DNA of 64,000 nucleotides from Octopus sinensis (lineage: Eukaryota), in assembly GCF_006345805.1 (NCBI RefSeq), contig NC_043009.1, forward strand, positions 55,366,001 to 55,430,000. The letters run 5' to 3'. This document shows, one piece after another, positions 39,392 through 50,859 of the stretch. Under the pieces are notes generated by a model. That model worked only from the letters and a program-made list of their open reading frames with translations, ran no database searches and was not told the origin of the DNA. A program made the position numbers and the translations under genes. How positions within the stretch are numbered: the first letter of the stretch is position 1; the number at the start of each line of letters is the position of its first letter.

Positions 39392-40875
39392 TGAGGTTGT
39401 CAAGTATGAAATTTGTAGTAAGGTATATGGTAAACTTTGACAGCTGCTCATTTTGTGTCATTATTATATTTTGACAATCTTTATTTTTTATTAGAAAGCT
39501 GACACATCTATTTCTTTATTCTAACTCATTTTGCACTTTATAAAGTATTTATAAATCGTTTTTTGCTGTTTTTGTTTAGAGATGGCTAAGTTGGAAATTC
39601 ATACAGTTTTGAAATATGAGTTCTTTCTTGGAAATACAGCATCACAGACAGCTTGGTATATTAATGGAGTATTTCATTCTAATGTTATTACACAGCAGAC
39701 AGTATCAAATTGGTTTGCAAAATTTCGTTCTGGTAACTTTGACCTCACAAATGAGCAGCGCAGTCAACCAGAAACAAAGGTGGATTATGATGTAATGAAA
39801 GCCACCGTCGAGTCAGATCCATCTCAAAGTGAATTATCATTGTTGTTTGGTGTTAGCAAGCAAACGATATTGACTCACCTAGTTCAAATTGGTAAAGTGA
39901 AAATGTTGGATAAGTGGGTTTCACATGAACTCAATGGAAATCAGAAACAGCAACGTTTGGGAGCTGGCATTATGCTACTTTCTCATCACAAAAATGAATC
40001 ATTTTTGAATTGAATTGTAACATGTGGTGAGAAATGAATCCAATACAACAACTGTAAATGTTCAGCTAAATGGTTGGACAAAAATGACATTGGCGAAACT
40101 ACAGGAGCTGTAAGTTTTCTATCATCCACCATACTCACCTGATCTTGCCCCACTGACTACCACTTCTTCCAGAATTTGGATAACTTTTTGATAGGAAAAA
40201 AAAATTAAATTCCGACAATGCTGTAAAACAGACCTTCCAAGATTTTATTGACTCTTGTGAAGACCTGTTGAGGCAAGTGAAAATCAAAATCGAAATCGTT
40301 CAACATCAATGGAAATTGTAGCTGTGATACCAGTGCCTACGGCACGTAAGAGAACCATCCGAACGTGGCTGTTGCCAGCGCTGCCCCGAGTGGCCTCCAT
40401 GCCGGTGGCACGTAAAATGCACCATCTGATTGTGGCTGTTCCCAGCCTCGTCTGGCCCCGTGCCGGTGGCATGTAAAAAGCATCATCCAATCGTGGCCGT
40501 TTGCCAGCCTCGTCTGGCACTTGTGCAGGTGGCACGTAAAAAGCACCCACTACACTCACGGAGTGGTTGGCGTTAGGAAGGGCATCCAGTTGTAGAAACA
40601 CTGCCAGATCAGACTGGGCCTGGCGCAGCCTTCTGGCTTCCCAGACCCCAGTCGAACCGTCCAACCCATGCTAGCATGGAAAACGGACATTAAACGATGA
40701 TGATGATGATGATAGATTGCCAGGCTTTTACAGTTACAGGCTGGACAAGCTACAGCTGAAATGGCAAAAGTGTATTAACAATATGGGTGCATACTTTGAA
40801 TAAAACTATTCCTTGTATTTATAAAACATTAGCAAACTTTTTTCTTTTCTACAAATTTCCTACTTGACGACCTAA
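39392..40875 (+). mobile_element. mariner (DD34D, Hsmar1/cecropia-like) transposon, defective, with a SINE insertion
   Basis: TIRs TGAGGTTGTCAAGTATGAAATTTGT / ACAAATTTCCTACTTGACGACCTAA with TA TSDs. The ORF from 39582 has WVSHEL; YSPDLAPTDYHFF is at about 40131. There are stops and an internal deletion. Confidence 0.9.
40259..40713 (+). mobile_element. SINE-like family C inside the mariner
   Basis: Long copy ending in (GAT)n. Mariner coding sequence resumes after it. Confidence 0.88.
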
Positions 40876-41153
40876 TACCGTCCAGCATAAATAAAAGTCA
40901 ACTTCATTATATTTGTTCTGTAAAAACTTATTCTGACATTAAATGAGTCAACTTCTGGTATGAATGTTTACGTTTTGTACAACTTTTTTTTTCAACCAAA
41001 AAATTTTCAAAAACAACTCTGGAAATGATCTACTCATGTAATTTACACACACACCCTAAAGTTTATTTCTATTTTTGCAAAAAGAAAAAAAAGTGTGTAA
41101 GTTACATGAGTTTTTATGGTACTTGTAAAGTTTCTTGAATTTAATTTATAATG

Positions 41154-41423
41154 TCCGTTGCCAGCCTCGCCTGGCCCTCGTGCCGGTGGCACATAAAAAG
41201 CACCATCCGTTCGTGGCCGTTTGCCAGCTCTGTCTGGCACCTGTACGGGTGGCACGTAAAAAGCACCCACTACACTCACGGAGTGGTTGGCGTTAGGAAG
41301 GGCATCCAGCCGTAGAAACACCGCCAGATTTGACTGGGCCTGATGAAGCCTTCTGGCTTCACAGACCCCAGTAGAACCGTCCAACCCATGCTAGCATGGA
41401 AAGCGGACATTAAACGATGATGA
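41154..41423 (+). mobile_element. SINE-like family C, 5'-truncated, with a 30-bp TSD
   Basis: tgtaaagtttcttgaatttaatttataatg occurs at both 41124-41153 and 41424-41453. Confidence 0.92.
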
Positions 41424-41617
41424 TGTAAAGTTTCTTGAATTTAATTTATAATGCTAGAGATGATGATCTCCTGGGGCTACAAGCTACAGTAACACCCACC
41501 CTTAGTGGTTAGCCATATTGAGATGGCTAGTATACTTTACATTGTCATGCAGTTACTGTTTACATCTCGTTCAGAGATTTATTATTACATTTTTATCCTT
41601 TTCATTTTATGTTCCAG

Positions 41618-41818
41618 AAATTATGCAAGATATTAATCGCCATCATTTGTGTATGTATGAAGCCGATGGCCCTGCAAAGCGGAAGTCCTTCATTATATTC
41701 CAACGTGCATTGTTAAGGTTCCAAGAAATAGGGGATGAAAAGCTAAACATGATGACCCTTATTATCGATCTAATTGAGAACCGGTCCCGGCAGCTGGAAC
41801 AAGACCGAGAAAACCTAG
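41618..41818 (+). CDS. ING1: ING exon 2
   Basis: Boundaries are gttccag|AA ATT ATG ... CTA G|gtaagt, 201 bp, phase 1-1. It encodes EIMQDINRHH...FQRALLRFQEIGDEKLNMMTLIIDLIENRSRQLEQDRENL. Confidence 0.94.
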
Positions 41819-42039
41819 GTAAGTCACATTTCTATGTTTATTCTTTATATGAATCATATCTCTGCTTCATATTGCTAATTGCTAATTATTCAATCAACTG
41901 AAGAAGAAAATTTCAGTTTCACAATATATAAACAAAAATATTGGTAAACATAAAAAAAAATGTGTTTAGGTTTCTTTGTTTCTGCATATGTGTGTGTGTG
42001 TGTGTCTGTATGTGCGTATATATATGTATATATATATAT

Positions 42040-42450
42040 ATCATCATTTAGCGTCCGCTTTCCATGCTAGCATGGGTTGCATGGTTCAACTGGGGTCTGG
42101 GAAGCCAGAAGGCTGCACCAGGCCCAGTCTGATCTGGCAATGTTTCTACGGCTGGATGCCCTTCCTAACGCCAACCACTCCGTGAGTGTAGTGGGTGCTT
42201 TTTACGTGCCACCGGCACAGTTGCCAGACGGGGCTGGCAAATGGCCACGGTCGGATGGTGCTTTTTACGTACCACACCATCATTTAACGTCTGTTGTCCA
42301 TGCTGGCATAGGTTAGATGGTTTGACCAGAGCTGGTAAACCAGGGGGTTGCACTAGACTCCAGTCTGATTTGACATTGTTTCTATGGCTGGATGCCCTTC
42401 CTAACACCAACTACTTAACAGTGTGCTGGTGCTTTTACATGGCACCATAA
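42040..42450 (-). mobile_element. Two adjacent family C copies
   Basis: 42040-42280 is young; 42278-42450 is older. Confidence 0.85.
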
Positions 42451-42945
42451 ATATATATACATACATATACACAGAGTGAGAGAGCGAGAGAGATAAGCAT
42501 AGGCATATTTGATTGTTGAAAAATCTTGCTTCTCAACTATGTGGTCTCAGGTTCAGTCTCACTGTGCTGGACTGACCAAGGCCTTGCGAGTGGCTTTGGT
42601 AGATGAAAACTGAAAGAACTTTGCTCAGTATGTATGTATGTATGTATGTGTGTGTATACATGTGTGTTTATGTGTCTACCCTTGTCTTGACATTACATGA
42701 TGGCTGCAAATGAGCATCATTGTCACACAAGCAAAGTTGTTTGTTTTCAGTTTTTCATGAAGCACATTTCTACTATGGGAAAATATTATCTTGCTTGGAA
42801 ACAGGTGAAGGTTGGTAAGAGGAAGATACCTGGCTGTAGAAAATTCGCCTCAATAAATTCTGTCTGAGCCATGGAAGCATGGAAAAGTAAACACAATGTT
42901 AAAGATGATGATACTGATTATATATATATCTGTGTGTGTGTATGT

Positions 42946-43290
42946 GTGAAGGTGCATGGCTCAGTGGTAAAAGCATTGGGCTCACAATCATGAGGTAGTG
43001 AGTTCAATTCCCAGACCAGGCTGTGTGTTGTGTTCTTGAGCAAGACACTTTATTTCATGTTGCTCCAGTTCACTCAGCTGTAGAAATGAGTTGCAACGTC
43101 ACTGGTTCCAAGCTGTATCGGCCCCTTTGTCTTTCCCTTGGATAACATCTGTGGCATGGAGAGAGGAGGCTGGTATGCATGGGTGACTGCTAATCTTCCA
43201 TGAACAATCATGCCTAGGCTTGTACCTCAGAGGAGAACTTTCTAGGTTCATCCCATGGGCATTCATAACTGAAGGGGGTCTTTTTTTAAT
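42946..43290 (+). mobile_element. tRNA-derived SINE (A box TGGCTCAGTGG, B box GAGTTCAATTCC, CORE-like ttgagcaagacact)
   Basis: Pol III boxes followed by a non-tRNA body. A related copy is at about 61560-61810 on the minus strand. Confidence 0.75.
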
Positions 43291-43402
43291 ATATATGACT
43301 GGCCTGGTGCAGCCTTCGGGCTTGCCAGACCCCAGTTGAACCGTCCAACCCATGCTAGCATGGAAAGCGGACGTTAAACGATGATGATGATGATGATGTA
43401 TA

Positions 43403-44278
43403 CAGGATGTGATGAATAAATTGTCCTCTAAATTATGCAAAAATAAAAAATAACACTGACATTTCATTTTAACAGATATATTTACCAAAATTAGATAAAA
43501 ATATCTTCAAATACTAAAGAGTAAATTTATTCAATAAAATCACCATTGGCTTCAACTACAGCCTCCAGACGACTTTGGAATCTCCTGCAACTCTTCTGGA
43601 CGGTCTCCTTGTTTAAGTTGGTGAATGCAGCCATAATCCTTGCCATCAGTTCATCTTTGGTGTTACAAGGAGTTTCGTTGGTCTCTAGCTCAATTGCACC
43701 CTACACATAATAATCAAGAGGGTTGCACTCTGGAGTGTTAGGTAGCCAGATGTTAGGGGTGATGTATCTGACAGCCACGACTGGATTCTCCTGCATGTGT
43801 GGCATGATGCAGAATCCTGTTGCCAGACATAGGGTCTTGCAGTAGCCATCCTCTTGACCCAGGGCAACACTACCTCCCCCAGGGACTTGATGTAGGCCTC
43901 TGTGTTGAGTTTGAGGCCTTGTGGGAAGATGAATGGAGGCATAACATCGCCATCACTAGTGATCACTTCAAACACCATGATGTTGACTGGATGTTTGATT
44001 TTTTGACACTCGTGGTACATGTCCTTAGATTGTACTGTCCTCAGATTGACACTCAAACACTCTGAAATGTTCGTATTGGAGCTTCCAGCGTAAATGCCAA
44101 GCAGTACAGCATGTTGTTTCCAAATTTCTGGCAAAGTGAATTGCATCATGGTGCTGTTTTTCTCACAGACAGTGCCTAACTGATCCTACTAAACTATACA
44201 GTGAACAAAATCAAGTACAGACACTGCGTATGTGTGAAATTAAAAATAGAAAATGGCAACAATTTACCCATCGCACTG
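43403..44278 (-). mobile_element. Internally deleted DD37D (maT-like) Tc1/mariner element
   Basis: TA-flanked imperfect TIRs (CAGGATGTGATGAATAAATTG / CAGTGCGATGGGTAAATTG). ORF 44149-43685 joins the HTH start directly to KHPVNIMVFEVITSDGDVMPPFIFPQGLKLN..WQQDSASCH. Confidence 0.85.
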
Positions 44279-44380
44279 TATATATAATAGTGTATGTATA
44301 TAATATGTGCGTGTGTATATATCTATATGAAATGATATATAAGTATACATTTTTATATATATATATATATATATATAAAT

Positions 44381-44610
44381 ATCATCATCATCATCGTTTA
44401 ACGTCCGCTTTCCTTGCTAGCATAGGTTGGACGGTTTGACTGTGGGCTGGCGAACCAGATGGCTGCACCAGGCTCCAGTCTTGATCTGGCAGAGTTTATA
44501 CAGCTGGATGCCTTTTCTAACGCCAACCACTCCGAGAGTGTAGTGGGTGCTTTTACGTGCCACCGGCACGGGGGGCCAGTCATGCGGTACTGGCAACGAC
44601 CTCGCTTGAA
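44381..44610 (-). mobile_element. SINE-like family C, partial
   Basis: Starts with (CAT)n-cgtttaacgtccgc. Confidence 0.85.
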
Positions 44611-44701
44611 TTTTTTTTTATGTATATATATATATATATATATTATAGATCTGTATTCATTATGAATTATTTAAAAAAAATTTTTTAAAATCTTTTTCCA
44701 G

Positions 44702-44844
44702 ATCCTTCTTTAGGGAAAGACAATGATAAAGAAGATTTGACCAATGCTAAAGTCAAACAGGAAAATGACAGAAATGAGAAAGCAGGCAGCAAAAGACAGC
44801 GCCGACAAAAGACACATGATATTAGTAAAGATGAAGAGAAGAAG
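44702..44844 (+). CDS. ING1: ING exon 3 (charged linker and NLS)
   Basis: Boundaries are ttttccag|AT CCT ... AAG AAG|gtaata, 143 bp. It encodes DPSLGKDNDKED...KAGSKRQRRQKTHDISKDEEKK. Phases match exons 2 and 4. Confidence 0.88.
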
Positions 44845-44892
44845 GTAATAACTGTATGTTAAACTATTGAGAATTATTAGCTCTTCTCTTAT

Positions 44893-45262
44893 ATCAGCAT
44901 GGCTTTGTGGTTAAGAAGTTTGCTTTGCAACCTGGTTTGTGGTTCAATCCCACTGCACAACACCTTGGGCCAGTGTCTTGCAATATAGCTCCCGTCTGAC
45001 AAATGCCTTGTGAGTGGATTTGGTGGATGGAAACTGTGTAAGCCTGTTTGTATGTGTGTCTTTGCATCTTTGTTAGTTCCCTCTCCTACAGTTGATAACT
45101 GGTGCTGGTTTGGTTATGTCCCTGTAACTGTATGGTTTGGCAAAAGGATTGATAGAATAATTACCAAACTTTAGAAAGTACTGGGGTTGATACTCTACGA
45201 GGCAGTGCCTAAGCATGGCCACAGTTTTATAACTGAAACAAGTGAAAGATAAAAAAGATATC
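44893..45262 (+). mobile_element. SINE family A, diverged
   Basis: Head, CORE-like block and tail are recognisable. Confidence 0.7.
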
Positions 45263-45340
45263 AAACCATAATGTTGCTACTTATGGGTTCCCAACAATTA
45301 CTAATTCGCTACATTTATGATGGTGAAAGTGACTTTAGAG

Positions 45341-45543
45341 CAGTGGTTTTGAACCTTAGGGTTCCACCAGTACAGTCCAGGGGTTCCGCAAGAAGTTACA
45401 AAACTGCTTAAATCAGCAGTAATTTTTAATTCTCCTGTGCAGATATGTGTGCATAAGACTATTAAATTATTGCACAGGGGTTCCCCGAGCCAGTGGAATG
45501 TTTCCTTGGGGTTCCGCTCCAGCAAAAAGTTTGAAAAGCACTG
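45341..45543. mobile_element. hAT (Charlie-like) MITE
   Basis: TIRs CAGTGGTTTTGAACCTT / AAGTTTGAAAAGCACTG, with a perfect 8-bp TSD CTTTAGAG at 45333-45340 and 45544-45551. Confidence 0.92.
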
Positions 45544-45900
45544 CTTTAGAGCATACATCTATGCAACTTGGAAAGAGAATATACAAGAAATTCTTATTCA
45601 AAAGCATAGGAGAACTTAACTCAAATAGTGAAGTTGTTGAGGGGGATTAACTCTGCAGTTCTCAGAATTAAAATCATATATTTGAAGAAAAGTTTTCTGA
45701 AAATAAACTTATTATTATTACAGTGGAGCCTCAGTTTATGAATTTAATTCATTCCTGAAGGACATTCATTACTCCTTTCAGGGTCAGTAAAATAAGTACC
45801 AGTTGAAAACTGGGGTCAATGTAATTGATTATCTCTCTCTTCCAAAATTTTAGGCCTTGTGCCTATAGTAGAAAGGATTATTATTATTGTTGTTGTTGTT

Positions 45901-46107
45901 AAGGTGTCGAGATGGCAGAGTTGTTAGCATGCTGGGCAAAATTCCTAGCAGTATTTCATCTGTTGCTATATTCTAAGTTGAAATTCTGCTGAGGTCACCC
46001 TTCATCCTTTCAGGGTCAATGAATTAAGTACTAATGAAACACTACAATTGATGTAATTGATTAGGCCCTGTGCCTTTAGTAGAAGAGATTATTATTATTA
46101 TTATTAT
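45901..46107 (+). mobile_element. SINE family B (central CCTTTCATCCTTTCGGGGTCGATAAATTAAGTACC block), (TTA)n tail
   Basis: Full copy ending 14 nt before the ING exon 4 acceptor AG. The central block resembles a MetaSINE-type domain (from memory, unverified). Confidence 0.8.
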
Positions 46108-46122
46108 CATTTTCTGTTTCAG

Positions 46123-46404
46123 GAGGAGAAAGACAGAGTGCCAAGAAAGAAGAAGAAGAGGAAAACTAAGAAAGAAAAGGAAAGTGAGAAATCTCCAATT
46201 GATCCGCCTATCGATCCTGATGAGCCAACATACTGTGAATGTAACCAGGTGTCGTACGGAGAGATGATCGGCTGTGATAACGACTTGTGTCCTATAGAGT
46301 GGTTTCACTTCAGCTGTGTAAACTTGACTTCCAAACCAAAGGGGAAGTGGTACTGTCCAAAATGTCGTGGGGACAAGAGCAATGTGAAACGACAGGACAA
46401 GTAG
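46123..46404 (+). CDS. ING1: ING exon 4 (NLS and PHD finger)
   Basis: Starts tgtttcag|GAG GAG. It encodes [11 protein letters not shown]...[56 protein letters not shown]...*, a C4-H-C3 PHD finger. Total CDS is 768 nt (255 aa). Confidence 0.97.
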   Translation, partial: EEKDRVPRKKKKRKTKKEKESEKSPIDPPIDPDEPTYCECNQVSYGEMIGCDNDLCPIEWFHFSCVNLTSKPKGKWYCPKCRGDKSNVKRQDK

Positions 46405-46595
46405 CTCTCAATCTGTCCCTTTTCCTGAACAACTCATCTCATCCCTCATGTGTGCTTGTGTGTGTGTGTGTGTGTGTGTGTGTGCATGTGTGTCTATCTC
46501 TGTGCCATGTATGTTTCAGTTTTTTTAATATACCATGGTGCAGTTACTCTCAACCATTACATTCAACAAGAACCGACAGCAACATCAGTAATAAC

Positions 46596-46601
46596 AATAA
46601 A
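46596..46601 (+). terminator. Candidate ING polyadenylation signal (AATAAA)
   Basis: First AATAAA about 190 nt after the ING stop codon. Usage is unverified. Confidence 0.3.
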
Positions 46602-47040
46602 AAATTAAAAAAATGAAAGCAACAAATATCTTGTTCAGTAAGACACTTCTCACATTCAACAATTTGTTAGGAAAGTATTATTATTATTATTCTAACTCTT
46701 TGTTTAGCAGTCCTTCACCACCACCCCCTGCCCACTTCCTGTCTGTTTCTCTCAGTGTACTGTGTGTCTGTGTTCTATTAGGACATGACAACATATTGCT
46801 GTCATGGTAACTTAGTTTTTCTTTACCCCTTCCACCCCATGTCTTCTAGTGTAATGTGACTAAACAAGACAAAAAAAAAAGAAAGGAAGAAAAATGATAG
46901 TCAGTTGGTTGTTGAGTGAGTAACTGAAAGTGAAGTTAAGATGGACATATATACATGAAAAACATCAGTCAGTTTGGTTGTGGATTATAGCACTGGCAAT
47001 TTATTGTAACCTATATTATTAGCATTATTATTGTTATTAT

Positions 47041-48300
47041 TAGGCATTGAATGAGCAGAATCGTTAGCACGTCAGACAAAATGTTTAGTGGCATTTCGTC
47101 CATCTAAGTTCAAATTCCACTGAGGTCAACTTTACCTTTCATCCTTTTGGGGGTCGATAAATTAAGTACCAATGAAACATGGGTTGGTGTAATCAATTAG
47201 TCCCCTCCCACCAAATATCAGGCTTTGTGCCTATAGTCAAAAAAGATTATTATTATTATTATTAGGCAGTGAATGAGCAGAGTTGTTAGTATGTCAGACA
47301 AAATAGCTTAGTAGCATTTCGAAGTACTGGGGAACATAATTCACTGCTCTGTCCCACTCAAAATTGCTGGCCTTGTGTCAAAATTTGAAGCAATTATTAT
47401 TATTATTATTAAGGTGGCAAGCTGGCAGAATTGTTAGCATGCTGGGCGAAATACTTAGCAGCATTTTGTCTGCCGCTATGTTCTGAGTTCAAATTCGACC
47501 TTGCCTTTCATCCTTTCAGGGTCGATAAATTAAGTACCAGTTGCGTACTGGGGTCGATCTAATAGACTGACCTCCTCTCCAGAAATTTTGGGCCTTGTGC
47601 CTATAATAGAAAGGATTATTAATATTATTATTTTTATTAGATGAGTTGGCAGAACTGTTAGCACATGAAACGAAATGCTGAGTGACATTTTGTCAGTCTA
47701 CATTCTGAGTTCAGATTCCACTGAGGTTGACTGTACGTTTCGTTCTTTTGAGATTGATAAAATAAGTACCAGTTGAACTCTGGGGTTGATGTAATTGACT
47801 TATCCACTCCCCACAAAATTTCAAGCTTTCTGCCTATAGTAGGAAAGGATTATTATTAACACTCTGGGAAAAATGCTTAGTGGTGGTATTCCGTCTGTCG
47901 CTACATTCTGAGTTCAAATTCTGCCAGGGTCGACTTTGCCTTTCATCCTTTCAGGGTTGATTAAATAAGTACCAGTTGTGCACTGGGGTCAATGTAATCG
48001 ACTTAATCCCTTCCCCCAGATTTGAGGCCTTGTGCTTCCAGTAGAAAGGATTATTATTATTATTATTACTATTATGAGACAGCGAGCTGGCAAAAATTTA
48101 TATGTCAGATGAAATGCTTAGTGACATTTCATCGGCCTTTATATTCTAAGTTCAAATTCTGCCAAAGTCAGTGTTGCCTTTCATCCTTTCGGGGTCGATA
48201 AAATAAGTACCAGTTGAACACTGGGGTTGATGTGATCACCTTTCCCCTTCCTCCGAAGTTGCTGGCCTTGTGCCAAGATTTGAAGCCATTATTATTTTGA
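47041..48300 (+). mobile_element. Head-to-tail cluster of six diverged family B SINEs
   Basis: Units start at about 47041, 47261, 47411, 47641, 47861 and 48074, each ending in (TTA)n. Confidence 0.85.
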
Positions 48301-49886
48301 GAGAGATAGATAAATGAAACAGTTAGCATTGTGTAAATATTTTGATATGGTTTCAAGCACCTTTCCTTGGTGAAAGGAAGAAAAAATATGTCATGCTATA
48401 AATATGGTTTTTCATTCACAAAAATGACAATTCTTCATCCTACCACAACCACAAAAAAGAAAAAAAATGTATTCATATAAAATGATTTAAAGCAAAAACG
48501 AAAAAAAATGTATTCACAAACCATTCTCTGATATTTTACCAGAGACTACATCAATCTAAAACTTTCATCAAGTAAACATTTTTTCCTCTTCATTCCTGTC
48601 ATTTCATTAAATTAATCATTATATCTTAAAAATATCAATTTAGAAAAGTACTCTTGTGTTGTTGTTTCTTGTTTTTTTTTTCTTTTCTATTATTGTTTTT
48701 TTCTGCAAACAAAACTTAATCCATTGTTCTTTCTCCCATTATTTATTTATTTATTTAACAAGAACCTGCTCTGTCCCACCTCTCATACCTTAACCCTCAT
48801 CTCCAAACTTAAAGATGCTGTGATCCCCACCTCTCAGGTTTCATAGTCTTGTGAGCTACAGGATGGCCTCACCAATGTCAGTGGCATGCAAGATGCTTCT
48901 AGTATATGCTTGCTATAAAATGGTTGGCATTTAGAAGGGCATCTAGTCATAGAAACCATGCCAAAGCAGACACTGGTGCACGATACAATCCTTGGACCCA
49001 TAAAAGCCTGTCAAAGTGTCCAACTCATGCCAGCATAAAACAGTGACATTAAATGATGATAATGTTGATTAACTACTCCAGTAATATTTGATCTCCATAG
49101 CATGGAAAGCGGACGCTAAACGATGATGATGATGATGATGATGTGAATTTAAGTTTAAGGGAAAATTAAGTTTATACAAAAGTAGAGAAAATGATTCGCT
49201 ATTATTTCTTGTAATAACGGTTGAAATAGTTTGAAAATGATGTTTCTTTCTAAATAGGACATTTCAGATATTGAAACACCTTTTGAGTTTGCAAGATATT
49301 ACAGCAAAATATTGCTTTCCTATGATTAGGTAAAGGGCAAAATTTTGTTGATTGTCTCATCCTCATTCTATTATTGATACTCGATTTATTAACTGTGGAG
49401 GGCTGAAGAGTAAAGTGAATCTGAGTAATATTTAAATACAGAACACAGAAAAGTGGACCTAAACACTACAATTTAGAGTCTTGCTCTATCATTTCTGCCA
49501 CTGCCTTTATCATAGCAAGATACTCTCTTCCAATACCCAGAATATTTAACGTTTTAAAATGTGAAACCAGAACACACAAATAGACTTATATATCAATGAT
49601 TTAATTAAAAATTACATTCCAAAATGTTTTTAAGGTCCCTATTAATCTTAAAATTATTTAGAGTAAATCAAATTCATTTTAGATTATTTTAGCAAATTAT
49701 GTTCATGATATTCAAAATAGCATAAAAATAGTTGTTCAAATTCATTTTTAGATCATTTTAGCAAATTGTGTTCAATTATCTAATATCAATTCAAAATAAC
49801 ATAAAAATCGTTGTTGGCTTTCATAATTTGATTTAGCTTCCTTTCCTAGGTTTTTTAATAACAAATTTGAACTGTGTATAATTACA

Positions 49887-50030
49887 TTACATTGGTGCTT
49901 CCCTGGGCTGTATAAGAATTTCGTTAACGGCAGCATATTCTGGTTGTGATGTAGCGTAAATGCAAGCTTGTGCAACATCATCAGGCTCTAATATCTTTAT
50001 TTTATTGTGAATATCATACAAATTAATTGC
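49887..50030 (-). CDS. SDR exon 6 (C-terminus)
   Basis: Boundaries are ttttacag|GCA ATT ... CCA ATG TAA. It encodes AINLYDIHNKIKILEPDDVAQACIYATSQPEYAAVNEILIQPREAPM*. Total CDS is 759 nt (252 aa). Confidence 0.94.
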   Translation of the reverse strand, partial: AINLYDIHNKIKILEPDDVAQACIYATSQPEYAAVNEILIQPREAPM

Positions 50031-50180
50031 CTGTAAAATGGAAGAAAAATGAAAATACATCTATAAGTAAACTTAGAATCAACTAGTCAGGTGTAATAAG
50101 CTATGCTTTTAAAGTAGGTAATGCAAGAAGAAGAAATAGCGATGTAAGAAGGTTGATAATATGAAGTACATTGTTTATGT

Positions 50181-50476
50181 AACTATCCGAACGTTGCCGT
50201 AGCCAGTGCCGCATTGACTGGCCTCCATGCCGGTGGCACGTAACAAACACCATCCGATCGTGGCCGTTGCCAGCCTCGCCTGGCACCTGTGTCAGTGGCA
50301 CGTAAGAAGCACCCACTACACTCATGGAGTGGTTGGCGTTAGGAAGGGCATCCAGCTGTAGAGACACTGCCAGATCAGACTGGGCATGGTGCAGCCTTCG
50401 GGCTTCCCAGACCCCAGTTGAACCATCCAACCCATGCTAGCATGGAAAACGGACGCTAAACGATGATGATGATGAT
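50181..50476 (+). mobile_element. SINE-like family C in SDR intron 5
   Basis: Ends ggaaaacggacgctaaacgatgatg. Confidence 0.87.
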
Positions 50477-50859
50477 GTTGATTTACAAACTTTGAGGGGC
50501 ATGAAATAATTAGGTTTTATTGATGAAGTTCCAAATAATAACATGTAAATACTGGGTTAAAAACCCTTCAAGATAGAAAAAGTGAAAGGCTGCCTGTGGG
50601 ACATTTCTATTCAATGGTTATTTTTAAAATTCTCATTGGTAAGAAGAAAGCTTGTAAAATGGGTGGAGAAATTTGAAGGATTGCTTTGGACCAATAGTGG
50701 AATGTCTATTAAATTTACAAAAGATGTAGTTTTCTCTCCAACAGGCAGCTTTTTTCTATCCAAAGGGTTTTTAAACCTGATATTTATATGCTATTATTTA
50801 GTTTTATCTAATTCTCAAAGACAAGTGGAACAGAGGAGGATGTGAGGTCTGGGATCTGC

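Noticed and set aside
40284-42316. Recurrent ORFs starting MDGSTGVWEARRL (40284, 41043, 42077, also 50101) as a gene family
   Set aside because: They are open frames within family C SINE copies.
42946-43030. tRNA gene
   Set aside because: A and B boxes are present, but there is no complete cloverleaf or acceptor stem and it continues into a SINE body.
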